Part shown: positions 27,130 through 57,438 of the stretch, in pieces
Position numbering within the stretch: position 1 is the stretch's first letter
Layout: the number at the start of each line of letters is the position of its first letter
DNA from: Eledone cirrhosa
Lineage: Eukaryota
NCBI GenBank assembly: GCA_964016885.1
Contig: OZ024755.1
Span: forward strand, 31,744,001-31,808,000
Direction: 5' to 3'
DNA: 64,000 bases
Notes under the pieces: generated by a model
Databases searched by the model: none
What the model was told of the DNA's origin: nothing
What the model saw: only the letters and a program-made list of their open reading frames with translations
Program-made: the position numbers and the translations under genes

Positions 27130-27980
27130 GTAGTATAGAAGGTGTCATACTCTATGACTGTCACTCCTATATTTAGTATTCATCAAACTGGAAAAGAACC
27201 TTTGACAGAATCTCACACTCAGTAATTAGTTGGTTAATTAGGAAGCTAGGGAAAGGTTACGTTTGTACAAGTCACAGGAGTGTAGTAAGAGTTGGCAATG
27301 AGTTGAGTGAATAATCTAGTGTGCAGGTGGGAGTTCACCAAGGCTCAGTTCTCAGCCCTCTCTTTATTACAAGCCAAAACAGGAATTGAAGATTGGTTGT
27401 CCATAGGAAGTTCCAAATACAGAAACAAAATTTGGTATGAAAGTGAATCTTTAGTAAGTAGGAAATACTACCATAATGGAAATAACTGCTTAATTTGTAG
27501 AAAAAGAGCAGTTGGTATAACCAGTGTGTCCAATGGCTGCTCATGAGATGGATCACAGATAGGCTTATGGACATTGTAGACATGACAGGTGCCTAGTAGT
27601 CAACGGCTGCCCATGAAATAAACTCCCTCAAATGCTCAGAATGGTTCACTAAAAGTGGAAGATAGCTTTCACTATTTAGGTACCCTTATGTGGATGTAAA
27701 AGTATTTTAGCGAGAGTGAAAATGATGTGGGAAAAGTTGAGAGAGCTGATTCTTCAGCTGGCAACTTTGAAGAGTTGTATGAAAGTTGTGTTCAAACTGT
27801 TGAATGGCTGAGGAATATAGAAGATATGTGATGCTTAGATAGAAATGAAGCATTCTCTGCTAGATGTGTAATGTTAGTGTGTATATATAGACACTGGTGA
27901 CAAAGAACTGCGAGAAAAGCTGAGTAGAATGAGATGTAGTGTACAAGAGAGATGCCAATAAAGTTTGGGACAAAGTTGTG
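27130..27980 (+). mobile_element. Highly decayed RTE-like LINE RT fragment
   Basis: LEK.FDR, VGVHQGSVLSPLF, DSFHYLG remnants. Confidence 0.6.
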
Positions 27981-28241
27981 AAGAATGACTTCATCTAACA
28001 GGCCACACAACCTGCTAGAAGTAACAGCAAAATTATCCCTCAAATTATGGCTGGAAACAAACCCATCACGGCTTTCCTGATGATTTCTTTTGAATGAAAC
28101 AGTTTTAGTCCTGTACAAGCCATTTCTATATTAAACTGGATATATGAAGTGAGAAGTTGAGTAAATAGTTTGTTAGCTTGGGGCCAGTTCATAAGCTATT
28201 AGTTCGATCATGTTGGGGTCACCAAATAAAGTGAAGCTGGT

Positions 28242-28644
28242 TGTTGAAGAAAGAGGACGATAAACACGACAAATACAATAATTTTAGTTATAGAACTTTA
28301 CTTCACTTCAGTAAACAGGAAAAATAAGTGTTTATTATGCTGCGTTAGATTACAAAGTGACAAGTTGTTTCAGGATGTTCACACCAGTATAGGTAGCAGC
28401 TTGCAGTGCAAGGGAGCTTATATGAAGAGGCAGATGATTCTCTGTGTAGTTGAAATGCCGATGGAAGAATTGCTGTTGGGCCCTTGTTGACAGGGCTGAA
28501 GTTTATTTGCTAAGTGCTACATCTTGTTAGTGATGCTTCTCTTCCGAGTTACCAGAGTCAACTGATTTTCACCTCGAGCTGACCAGCTAGATCGCATTTG
28601 GGTGTCAGTGTGTGTGTGCAAATAGATTTCTCTCTATCACTACA
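28242..28644 (-). mobile_element. Possible solo LTR
   Basis: About 400 bp bounded by TGT...ACA, with minus-strand TATAA and AATAAA in LTR-like order; no clear TSD. Confidence 0.35.
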
Positions 28645-28897
28645 CACACGTTGGTTGTGTGTGTATGTATAAAAGGATTGATCGACTTTCATCAAATCGG
28701 ACCGAGGAAACAATGTTTTCATCGGTCTTTCCAGTTGCTAATACTATCTGTCGGTCGCAACTCCAGGTAGAAGAAGCAACGAGAAATAAAGTATCTTGCT
28801 CAAGGACATAACGTATCACCTGGTCCAGGAATCGAACTCACAACCTCAAGATTGTGAATCCAATTCTCTAACCACTCAGCCACACGCCTTCACTATA

Positions 28898-29092
<195 letters not shown>

Positions 29093-29965
29093 CAAGAATA
29101 TTTTCTTGAGAGGTTTTAGCTAGCGTTGGGAGTCAACCAAAGTAAAACAGAAATCAAAGGGGTTCATTGATAAAGAAAGGTTATTATACCGACCCCACTA
29201 TTTTATGGGTCTTTGGGCAAACTGGTAAGTTACACCCCCATTCCACAGAGACAAACAGACAAAGCAATGGAAGCTACAGTAGGGGTAGGGGAGACACAAG
29301 GTGCCGCACAGGGTGACACAGCCATGACTGTGCCTATTGATTATATCGAAGACCAAAAAAAACAAAAACAAATAGCCATTCGATATCAAATTGAAAGGTA
29401 TGATGAAAATATTTCCAAATATTAAATTATTATATTCATCTTAATATTTATTACATTATTATTTTTTGTGGATTGGCAGTATCGGTAGAGGGTCGGACGC
29501 CATGCTTTGACGCTTAGAGTTACGCCTTTGCCTTTCATCCTAACGGAGTCGATAAAATAAAGTACCAGTAATGTACTGGATAATTGATGGCCTTGTGCCA
29601 AAAAGTAGAAACAATTATTTTTTTTAAATTTTACCAACATAACCGTAATCTGCATCATGGAAAACGTATCTCTTCGAAATTTCATTTGGAAACAAAGTGA
29701 GAAAAGGAATGGCGAGATATTTGATAGAGAAGCGACACCAGATGCCGAATGTTCAGGAAAACCATCGCTGGAGAAACTAACTAACTTTTTTTCTGGCACA
29801 ACAAAACAGTTGCCTCCCTTAGTTTCTACAGAAGTTGTCGTCCTTGCTTAGTTCATCAGCAGGGGGGTAATTTCTCAACCTGCTAGAAATAGCACACAGA
29901 ACAGGACCACCCGTGCTTGCACATACACAAATACACACACACATCAAGGCAATATTCCAGCATGG

Positions 29966-32900
29966 TCCAGTTAGTGGTACTTCCATACCACTGTACCTCA
30001 CAGATAGCTCCAGTTATTGGTACCTCCATACCACTGTACCTCACAGTCAGCTCCAGTTATTGGTACCTCTGTACCTCACAGACAGCTCCAGTTATTGGTA
30101 CTTCCATACTACTGTACCTCATAGTCAGCTCCAGTTATTGGTACCTCATATACCACTGTACCTCACAGACAGCTCCAGTTATTGGTACCTCCATACCACT
30201 GTACCTCACAGACAGCTCCAGCTATTGGTACCTCCATACCACTGTACCTCACAGACAGCTCCAGTTATTGGTACCTCCATACCACTGTACCTCACAGACA
30301 GCTCCAGCTATTGGTACCTCCATACCACTGTACCTCACAGACAGCTCCAGTTATTGGTACCTCATATACCACTGTACCTCACAGACAGCTCCAGTTATTG
30401 GTACCTCCATACCACTGTACCTCACAGACAGCTCCAGCTATTGGTACCTCCATACCACTGTACCTCACAGACAGCTCCAGTTATTGGTACCTCCATACCA
30501 CTGTACCTCACAGACAGCTCCAGCTATTGGTACCTCCATACCACTGTACCTCACAGACAGCTCCAGTTATTGGTACCTCATATACCACTGTACCTCACAG
30601 ACAGCTCCAGTTATTGGTACCTCCATACCACTGTACCTCACAGACAGCTCCAGCTATTGGTACCTCCATACCACTGTACCTCACAGACAGCTCCAGTTAT
30701 TGGTACCTCATATACCACTGTACCTCACAGACAGCTCCAGTTATTGGTACCTCCATACCACTGTACCTCACAGTCAGCTCCAGTTATTGGTACCTCCATG
30801 CCACTGTACCTCACAGACAGCTCCAGTTATTGGTACCTCCATACCACTGTACCTCACAGACAGCTCCAGCTATTGGTACCTCCATACCACTGTACCTCAC
30901 AGTCAGCTCCAGTTATTGGTACCTCCATGCCACTGTACCTCACAGACAGCTCCAGTTATTGGTACCTCCATACCACTGTACCTCACAGACAGCTCCAGTT
31001 ATTGGTACCTCCATGCCACTGTACCTCACAGACAGCTCCAGTTATTGGTACCTCCATACCACTGTACCTCACAGACAGCTCCAGTTATTGGTACCTCCAT
31101 ACCACTACCTCACAGACAGCTCCAGTTATTGGTACCTCCATACCACTGTACCTCACAGACAGCTCCAGTTATTGGTACCTCATATACCACTGTACCTCAC
31201 AGACAGCTCCAGTTATTGGTACCTCATATACCACTGTACCTCACAGACAGCTCCAGTTATTGGTACCTCCATACCACTGTACCTCACAGACAGCTCCAGT
31301 TATTGGTACCTCATATGCTACTGTACCTCACAGACAGCTCCAGTTATTGGTACCTCATATGCTACTGTACCTCACAGACAGCTCCAGTTATTGGTACCTC
31401 ATATACCACTGTACCTCACAGACAGCTCCAGTTATTGGTACCTCATATACCACTGTACCTCACAGACAGCTTCAGTTATTGGTACCTCCATACCACTGTA
31501 CCTCACAGACAGCTCCAGTTATTGGTACCTCATATACCACTGTACCTCACAGACAGCTCCAGTTATTGGTACCTCATATGCTACTGTACCTCACAGACAG
31601 CTCCAGTTATTGGTACCTCCATACCACTGTACCTCACAGACAGCTCCAGTTATTGGTACTTCATATAACACTGTACCTCACAGACAGCTCCAGTTATTGG
31701 TACCTCATATACTACTGTACCTCACAGACAGCTTCAGTTATTGGTACCTCCATACCACTGTACCTCACAGTCAGCTCCAGTTATTGGTACCTCCATACCA
31801 CTGTACCTCACAGTCAGCTCCAGTTAGTGGTACCTCCATACCACTGTACCTCACAGACAGCTCCAGTTATTGGTACCTCATATACCACTGTACCTCACAG
31901 ACAGGTCCAGTTATTAGTACCTCTGTACCTCACAGACAGCTCCAGTTATTGGTACCTCATATGCTACTGTACCTCACAGACAGCTCCAGTTAGTGGTACC
32001 TCCATACCACTGTACCTCACAGACAGCTCCAGTTATTGGTACCTCCATACCACTGTACCTCACAGACAGCTCCAGTTATTGGTACCTCCATACCTCCATA
32101 CCACTGTACCTCACAGTCAGCTCCAGTTATTGGTACCTCATATACCACTGTACCTCACAGTCAGCTCCAGCTATTGGTACCTCCATACCACTGTACCCCA
32201 CAGACAGCTCCAGTTATTGGTACCTCATATACCACTGTACCTCACAGACAGCTCCAGTTATTGGTACCTCCATACCACTGTACCTCACAGTCAGCTGCAG
32301 TTATTGGTACCTCCATACCACTGTACCTCACAGACAGCTCCAGTTATTGGTACCTCCATACCACTGTACCTCACAGACAGCTCCAGTTATTGGTACCTCC
32401 ATACCACTGTACCTCACAGATAGCTCCAGTTATTGGTACCTCCATACCACTGTACCTCACAGACAGCTCCAGTTATCGGTACCTCCATACCACTGTACCT
32501 CACAGACAGCTCCAGTTATTGGTACCTCCATACCACTGTACCTCACAGACAGCTCCAGTTATTGGTACCTCCATACCACTGTACCTCACAGACAGCTCCA
32601 GTTATTGGTACCTCATATACCACTGTACCTCACAGACAGCTCCAGTTATTGGTACCTCATATGCTACTGTACCTCACAGATAGCTCCAGCTATTGGTACC
32701 TCATATACCACTGTACCTCACAGACAGCTCCAGTTATTGGTACTTCTTATACCACTGTACCTCACAGACAGCTCCAGTTATTGGTACCTCCATACCACTG
32801 TACCTCACAGACAGCTCCAGTTATTGGTACCTCATATACCACTGTACCTCACAGACAGCTCCAGTTATTGGGACTTACATACCACTGTACCTCACAGTCA

Positions 32901-33143
32901 GCTCCAGTTATTGGTACCTCATATACCACTGTACCTCACAAACAGCTCCAGTTATTAGTACCTCCATACCACTGTACCTCACAGACAGCTCCAATTATTG
33001 GTACCTCCATACCACTGTACCTCACAGACAGCTCCAGTTATTGGTACCTCCATACCACTGTACCTCACAGACAGCTCCAGTTATTGGTACCTCATATGCT
33101 ACTGTACCTCACAGATAGCTCCAGTTATTGGTACCTCCATACC
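29966..33143. repeat. 43/44-bp satellite array, about 73 copies
   Basis: CATACCACTGTACCTCACAGACAGCTCCAGTTATTGGTACCTC. Confidence 0.97.
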
Positions 33144-33547
33144 AGAAGAACTTATCTCAAATTGGAAGCATCTGTCTGTAGCCCTGACATACCAAGTATT
33201 TATTTTCAAAAATTGTGCCTTATTCCCACCTGCAAGTCCTCCATAAGAGTTGAATTGTCCCGGGTCCCCTGTGCCCTCAGCTGATCTTTTTAGTTTTAGG
33301 ATGGTTAGAATTTTTTAATTTAATACCTGTATTTATAACTTACACATACACACGTAGAAAGACACATTTTCACACACACACACATACACATACCCCCTCA
33401 CACACACACACCCTCACACACATACCCCCGCACAGACACACATACACTCCACAGACATATACACACAGACACACCCACAGATTTGGTGTATGTATGGGTG
33501 GGTGCATAATTGTGTGTGTGTGTGTATATATGTATATATACATGTAT

Positions 33548-33940
33548 GGAGGCACATGGCTTAGTGGTTAGAGCGTTGGGTTTGCAATCGAAAGGTTGTG
33601 AGTTCAATTCTCAGACCGGGTGATGTGTTGTTTCCTTGAACAAGACACTTTATTTCACATTGCTCCAGTTTACTCAGCTGTAGAAATGAGATGATAGGAC
33701 TGGGGTCCCTATCATTCCACTGCAAAGTGGTTGAAGAGGTGCCACAGCAAAAAAAGCACCCAGCCCACACTGTAAATGAGGTTGCTGTTAGGAAGGGCAT
33801 CCAGCTGTAGAAATCAAGCCAAAATCAGTTCCATATGAGCAAAACAAGGTCAGCTAACTGGACACTGCCCACAACAGGACAACCCATCTAACCTATGCTA
33901 GCGTGGAAGAATGGATGTAAAATGGTGATGATGATGATAT
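33548..33940 (+). mobile_element. SINE family A copy (a related SINE follows at about 33953-34270)
   Basis: GGAGGCACATGGCTTAGTGGTTAGAGC head, RTE-like tail, (GAT)n. Confidence 0.85.
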
Positions 33941-34549
33941 ATATATATATATGAAGGCACATGGCTTAGTGGTTAGAGCGTTGGGCTTATAATGGTGAGG
34001 TAGTTATTCGATTCTCAGACAGGGCTTTGCATTGGGTTCTTGAACAAGACACTTTATTTCACGTTGCTCCAGTTCACTCATCTGTAGAAATGAGTTGTGA
34101 CGCCACAGTGACTTTCCCTTGGACAACATTGGTGGCATTGAGATGGGAGACTGGTATACATGGACGACTGCTGGTCAAACAACATTGCCCAGACTTGTAC
34201 CTTGGAAGGGAACTTTCTAGGAGTGACAAGCCATTTGGCCATGCCACACCCATCTCACAGTGTAACCCTAGTTTAGGGACCCAGTACTGGATGGCGCCAT
34301 GATGAGGAAGGATAGGTGCGGAACCAGAGTATGGGAGCCTAGCTCACAGCAAGAACACAAGGGGTTAGACGGGTCTGTCCCATTTAGAGACAAGGTGGGT
34401 CAGGTGACCATGTCTCACTCATATAGGACTGTTTGTGGCTAGGTTTCTACAGCTGGATGTCCTTCCTAACGCAAACCAGATTTACAGAGTGGACTGGGTG
34501 CTTTTTGCCGAGTCTTGTACACGTCCACTTTACAGTGTGGGCTGGGTGA

Positions 34550-34659
34550 TGTGTGTGTGTGTCTGTCTATGTGTATATATGTGTGTATGTGTATACATAT
34601 ATATGTGTGTGTGTATATATGTGTGTGTGTATATATATATATATATGTACGTGTGTGTG

Positions 34660-34690
<31 letters not shown>

Positions 34691-34819
34691 ATATATATGT
34701 GTGTGTGTATATATATATATGTACGTGTCTGTGTATATATATATATATGTGTGTATGTGTGTGTATATATGTGTGTTTGTGTGTGTATATATGTGTATAT
34801 ATAGATATGTGTATGTATG

Positions 34820-34854
<35 letters not shown>

Positions 34855-34905
34855 GTGTGTGTATATATGCGTGTGTGTATGTGTATATGTGTGTGTGTGT
34901 ATATT
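34550..34905. repeat. (TA)n/(GT)n compound microsatellite
   Basis: Direct reading; similar tract at 39270-39575. Confidence 0.9.
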
Positions 34906-35145
34906 TAAATATGTACATACAAAATCAGAGTCACCAGAAGATATATTATGTAAGCGTGTGTTTGAAAACAAAAGATATCTTAGTCATGTAACAGCTGGTA
35001 TGTATAAATTACACACTTACACATGCATATACATACCCATATATATATATACATATATATATACATACCCAAATTGAAATGATCACATTGAAGCACTTCA
35101 TTTGTATTTTTTCATTGATGTAAATCATATGTAAACATATGCACA

Positions 35146-35555
35146 GTTGGTGGTGGTGGTGGTGGTGTTGGGGGTGGTGTTGGAGGTGGTGTTGGTGGTG
35201 GTGTTGGTGGTGGCAGTGGTGGTGTTGGAGGTGAGATGTAGTGGTGGTAATGGTGGTGTTGGTGGAGGTGTTGGAGGTGAGATGTAGTGGTGGTAATGGT
35301 GTTGTTGGTGGTGGTGGTGTTGGGGGTGAGATGTAGTGGTGGTAATGGTGGTGGTGGTGGTGGTGGTGGTGGTGGTGGAGGTGGTGTTGGAGGTGAGATG
35401 TAGTGGTGGTAATGGTGGTGTTGGTGGTGGTGGTGGAGGTGGTGGTGTTGGAGGTGAGATGTAGTGGTGGTAATGGTGTTGGTGGTGTTGGTGGTGGTGT
35501 TGGAGGTGAGATGTAGTGATGGTAATAGTGTTGGTGGTGGTGGCGATGGTGATGT
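35146..35555. repeat. (GGT)n-based repeat with GAGGTGAGATGTAGT spacers
   Basis: Direct reading. Confidence 0.9.
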
Positions 35556-35906
35556 TCTGATAAAGCTGTCACCAATTCAAGACACGTTGTTAGGGAACAT
35601 TACAGCACAAACCACCTCACCATTAACTCCTATCTCTGTATGAAGAAGAAAGGGACCTTTATGAAGCTGACCCCGAATTATTAACTGGCTTAGTCCTCTT
35701 TCAAGATACCTTATAAGGTAACACATCAGACGAACCCCTTCCATGTCATCTCTTATTTCACTTTATAGAGAAACATTATTACAGCCCTTGCTTATATCTG
35801 ACTCCAGTTAACGACTGGTTAACACCTGCTTCCATAAGAAGAGTCAAAACCCCCCTAAAAAAAACAGAGAGAGTTTCCATTCTTTCTCTGTTACTCTTCT
35901 ATAAAG

Positions 35907-52480
<16,574 letters not shown>

Positions 52481-52679
52481 TAAACAAAATAAAAACTAAT
52501 TTATAAAAAAAAAAGACTTAATTTTGTTTTCTTCTTCATTGTCAGTATCGGACGAACATCAGACAACATGCTTTGCAGCATAGTGTTATGGCCCTTTACA
52601 TTTTGAGTTCAAATACCACCAAGGTTAGCTTTGTCTTTCATCTTCATGGGGTTGATAAAATAAAGTACCAGACCCTAAT

Positions 52680-54806
52680 GCACACTACTGTCCTAACAAA
52701 CGACAATGACTTGCTAATCATTGCAGGGGACTTTAACAGACACGTTGGTAAACACCGTGATGGCTTCTATAGAGTCCATCGAGGCTACAACTTTGGTACA
52801 AGAAATGAAGGTTTCAAGCTCCTATAATTCTGCGACACCAATGACATGTCGATATGTAACACAAACTTTTAAAAACCCGACATCCACCTGATCACATACA
52901 GATCAGGGGAGCATTCTAGACATAGATTTTATCCCTATCAGAGGATGAGATAGATGGACAGTTGTAAACACAAAAGCCTTCCCTGGTGAGGAATGTACCT
53001 CCCAACACAACCTAGTTGTCAGTGACCTCATTGTCAGCACTAGAGTTACTTGGAAACAGAAGGCAACCTGTAGAAGAAAGATCTGGAAGCTGAAAGACCC
53101 CCCCCTCAGCCAGTAACAAATTTAGAGATAACAGAAAGAGTTATAGCACAGCTGATTAGGGACCAGGTAAATCTAGATGAGATGCAGTTCGGATTTGTAT
53201 CAGGCAAAAGCACCATTGATGCTCTCTTCCTTGTGAAGCAGCTACAGGAAAAGTAACTAGCTAAAAGTAAGCCTCTCTACCTAACATTTGTTGATCTAGA
53301 GAAATCTTTCAACAGAGTGCCTTGTGCTATAATCTGGTGGACTCTTAGAAAACTATGAGTAGATGAGTGGCTTGTGAAGGCTGTACAAGCCATGTATAGG
53401 GGAGCAGTCAGCATAGTTAGGATTAACAATGAATATATATTTCTTTATATTAACAATGAATATAGCGAGGAATTTAGCATACAGGTTGGTGTCCACCAGG
53501 GCTCTGTTCATAGTCCTCTCCTGTTATTTTATTGCAGGCTATACAGAGGAGTTTAAGACCAGCTGCCCATGAGAACTCCTGTACATAGATGATCCCACAC
53601 TCATAGAAAAATCTATGGCAGAACTAGAGAAGAAATTCCAAACATGGAAGCAAAGTCTAGAAACAAGGGGTCTTAAAGTCAACCTGACAAAGGCTAAGGG
53701 CTTAGTAAGTAGAAGAGGAAACAGAACCCTGATCCCCTCGATGAAATGGCCTTGCTCAGTATGTAGGAAATTCCATCCTCTGCCCCAAAGGCAAACTATA
53801 GGTACACAAGAGATGTAGTGGAATCTCAGGAAGTTTAGCTAAGAATGTAGGCTTTACCTGTAGCAGTTGCACTGGGACAGTAAGCAGCAAACGGCCACAG
53901 GAAACAAGTACTACCAAACTTTGGTAGAAACAGTAGACAGCTTCTGCTACCTAGGTGACTCAAATAGCAGGGGAGGGTGTTGTTCTGAAAGTACAGTAAC
54001 CAGAGTAAGAATGGGATGGAAGAAGTTTTGGGAGCTACTACCACTGTTAGTTATAAAAGGCTTCTCTCTCAAAATGAAGGCTGACACTATGATGTGTGCA
54101 TACAAACAGTAATGTTACATGGTAGTGAGACATGGGTGCTGTGTGCAGAAGACTTGCATTGATTAGAAAGAAACGAAGCTTGCATGCTCCGATGGATGTG
54201 TAATAGTAATATACATGAATGGCAAAGCATAAATGTACTGAGAGAGAAACTAGGCATAAGAGGAGATTATGTTGGTATGGACATGTGATTCATATGAAGG
54301 ATGACGGCTGTAAAAAAAGGGTGCAGAGTGCTCAAAGTTGATGGAAGCTATGGAGTAGGATGTCCCAGGAAGACCTGGGATGAGGCGATAAAAGCTGACC
54401 GTGCCCAATTGCACCTCTCAAAAGTGATGATATAGGACCGAGATCTCTGGCATTACGCAGTAATACAGAAGACCTGAATTACCATGGGTACAAGCTGAAG
54501 CTGAAGCATATATACAGTATGCACCACCCACCCACTCACATACATCTTCCATGAGGACAGGCTGAAATTACATCCAGTGAAGCCTCCAGTCCTCACTGTA
54601 AAGTGGTTGTGTCGGCACCATGACAAAAAAGCACCCAACCCACACTGTAAATGAGGTTGGTGTTAGGAAGGGCATCCAGCTGTAGAAATCAAGCCAAAAT
54701 CAGTTTCCGTATGAGCAAGACATGGCATTGGTCACAACAGGATAACTCGTCTAACCCATGCTAGTGTGGAAAAATGGATGTAAAATGGTTGTGATGATGA
54801 TGATGG
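52680..54806 (+). mobile_element. RTE-like LINE, internally deleted, with 3' UTR ending in (GAT)n
   Basis: IIAGDFN, GEECTSQHNLVVSD, DLEKSFNRVP, GVHQGS..SPLL, VDSFCYLGD, HGSETW; jump near 53130. Confidence 0.85.
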
Positions 54807-54921
54807 CATATCAATTATTGAAGTAGTTCAATAAATCATGGGTTATCAATTTCAGTAAGTTGATAGAGAAATCATTACATGGGCGTGTTGTAACTAGGTC
54901 GGCTATTAACATTGAGTTGAT

Positions 54922-55321
54922 TACCATCACCACTACCACCAACACCACCACCATCAACACCACCACCACCATCAACACCACTACCACCACTACCACCACC
55001 ACCACCACCACCACTACCACCAACACCACCGCCATCCATCAACACCATCACCACTACCACCACCATCAACACCACCACTACCACCAACACCATCAACACC
55101 ATCACCACTACCACCACTACCACCACCACCACCAACACCACCACCACCACCAACACCACCACCACCACCTTCAACACCACCACCACTACCACCACCACTA
55201 CTACCAACACCACCACCTTCAACCAACACCACCACCACTACCACCACCACCACCACCACCACCACTACCACCAACACCACCACCATCAACACCACCACCA
55301 TCAACACCACCACCACCACCA
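54922..55321. repeat. (CAC)n-derived microsatellite
   Basis: Direct reading. Confidence 0.9.
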
Positions 55322-55479
55322 AATGAGGGAGAGGGGAGTAGAGAGGAGGGGAAATAGAGAGAAGGTGGTGGGGAAGAAGTTATAGAGATATATACAAACA
55401 CCTACACATACTTATTTATGTATATATGTGTATATATTCATATGTCTATATAAATGAATATATAGATATATGTGTGTGC

Positions 55480-55514
<35 letters not shown>

Positions 55515-55557
55515 TAGTTTGATAATATAAAAGACAAACACACACCATACACTCAAT

Positions 55558-55602
<45 letters not shown>

Positions 55603-55691
55603 CAAAGGAATTGTTGTAAGGAACCAGATGGACCATAACGCACCAGAGTACTCAATACTTAGGGTAGTAGAGTGGGAAATAGGAAAAAGTA

Positions 55692-55795
55692 TGACCCCGA
55701 CGGCAGAGCTCAAGCCGTTTCGACGGCTATTTCTGGACTAAATTAGAATTTTTAGCCTGGTGAATAAATAGCCGAACTTTTCAAGGAGGTACTTC
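55692..55795 (-). ncRNA. Type I hammerhead ribozyme candidate, U3:A8 core variant
   Basis: Minus strand: CTCC-TTGAAAA-G..CGGCTATTT..AAATAGCCG..C-GAAA-CGGC(loop 9)GCCG-TC-GGGG; three stems and a GUC site. Confidence 0.7.
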
Positions 55796-56087
55796 CTTAT
55801 ATGGGAAGATTGTAGTTGTCAAGAGGATTGGTTAAAATTTGTTGCAAACACAAATAAGTCTATCATGGCATTTGGTGGGTGGTAGGGGTGGCTGAACTTG
55901 CCTGTAGAACAATAGGGGAGTGAGTGGAGCGGTCAAGCGTTGAAAGTGATATGTATACATATATATATAAATTATAAATTTATATTCCTGCTCTGTAAAA
56001 CATCTGATGTATTTACATTCAGCTATTTTTCTTACTGGTAATAAGGTAGTAAGGAATTACTGTTTATAGTTGTATATAGTGCATATC

Positions 56088-56425
56088 ATTCATCATTTCA
56101 TTTTACGCCTGCTTTTCCCTGCTTGCAAGGGTGGGACGGGAACTGATTCTGGCTTGATTTCTACAGCTGGATGCCCTTCCTAACACCAACCTCATTTACA
56201 GTGAGTGCTGGGTGCTTTTTTGTGCCGTGGCACCTCTTCGACCACTTTGCAATGCAATGATATGGACCCCAGTCCCTATCATCTCATTTCTACAGCTGAG
56301 TAAACTGGAGCAATGTGAAATAAAGTGTCTTGCTCAAGGAAACAACACATCACCCGGTCTGAGAATTGAACTCACAACCTTTCGATTGCAAGGCCAATGC
56401 TCTAACCACTAAGCTATGTGCCTCC
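56088..56425 (-). mobile_element. SINE family A copy
   Basis: Reverse complement of the family A consensus. Confidence 0.85.
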
Positions 56426-56616
56426 ACTCTATATATATAACTATAAATAATATTATTATTATTATTACACATATATATATGAAGAGACTGAGGGATAAGA
56501 CACTCACATCTATATATATGTTATGTATTTCCATAGAAAAGGTAAAGGAAAGAAGAGTGCTCTATGTGTAGTACAGAGCTATTTAATTACACAATAAACA
56601 ACGCAATACAATTATT

Positions 56617-56682
56617 CCATTACCAAAGGTTTCAGGAAACTAGACGATCTTAACAGAAGCGTCCAGTACGTTCATCAGATGA
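56617..56682 (-). ncRNA. Degenerate minimal type I hammerhead motif (Penelope-type)
   Basis: Minus strand: TCAT-CTGATGA-A..ACTGGACG..CGTCTAGT..T-GAAA-CC-TTT-GG-TA-ATGG. Confidence 0.55.
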
Positions 56683-57111
56683 CATATATATGTTATGGAT
56701 ATAAGATTTGAAAGAGATTGAGTGATTTTATGACAGACACACTATCACATGTGTATATGAAGAGTTTGAGAGCATACAAGAGTTATGGAAAAGATTTCTA
56801 AAGAAGGAAACGGCTGTCAGATCTAACAGGTAGGTGTTCTTTCTTTAAATATATTTCAGTCTCATTTTGTAGTTTTCAGCTGGACATGAAACATATCGAA
56901 TACAAAGATATCCATCCATTGCCAGTTAGTTCCTAATGGTAGGAGTGTCATAGAAACTATCATTATGACACCCATACCAAAATAAGAAATTCTTAACTCC
57001 TTCATTGTCGAATTGATTTAGATGGGTTTTGGTTGCTATTTCTAGCGTCATTATAAGCCCATCACATTGTCATAATAAATAGAGAGATTTGTTCATTTAG
57101 TCGTTCAACAA

Positions 57112-57438
57112 AGCAACATGTTGGTCACCATGTGGTTTCGATAGCAACATGTTGGGTACCATGTGGTTTCGATAGCAACATGTTGGCCACCATGTGGGTT
57201 CAATAGTCGATAGCAACAGGTTGGTCACCATGTGGCTTTGATGGCAACATGTTGGTCACTGTGTGGTTTCGATAGCAACATGTTGGTCACCATGTGGTTT
57301 TGATAGCAACATGTTGGTCACCATGTGGTTTCGATAGCAACATGTTGGTCACCATGTGGTTTCGATAGCAACATGTTGGTCACCATGTGGTTTCGATAGC
57401 AACATGTTGGTTACCATGTGGGTTCGATAGCAACATGT
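57112..57438. repeat. 31-bp minisatellite, about 10 copies
   Basis: GATAGCAACATGTTGGTCACCATGTGGTTTC; contains the palindrome CAACATGTTG. Confidence 0.92.

Noticed and set aside
29213-29851. Short ORFs as upstream exons of the DUF1647-like gene
   Set aside because: No recognisable homology or compatible splice donors; a SINE lies between them
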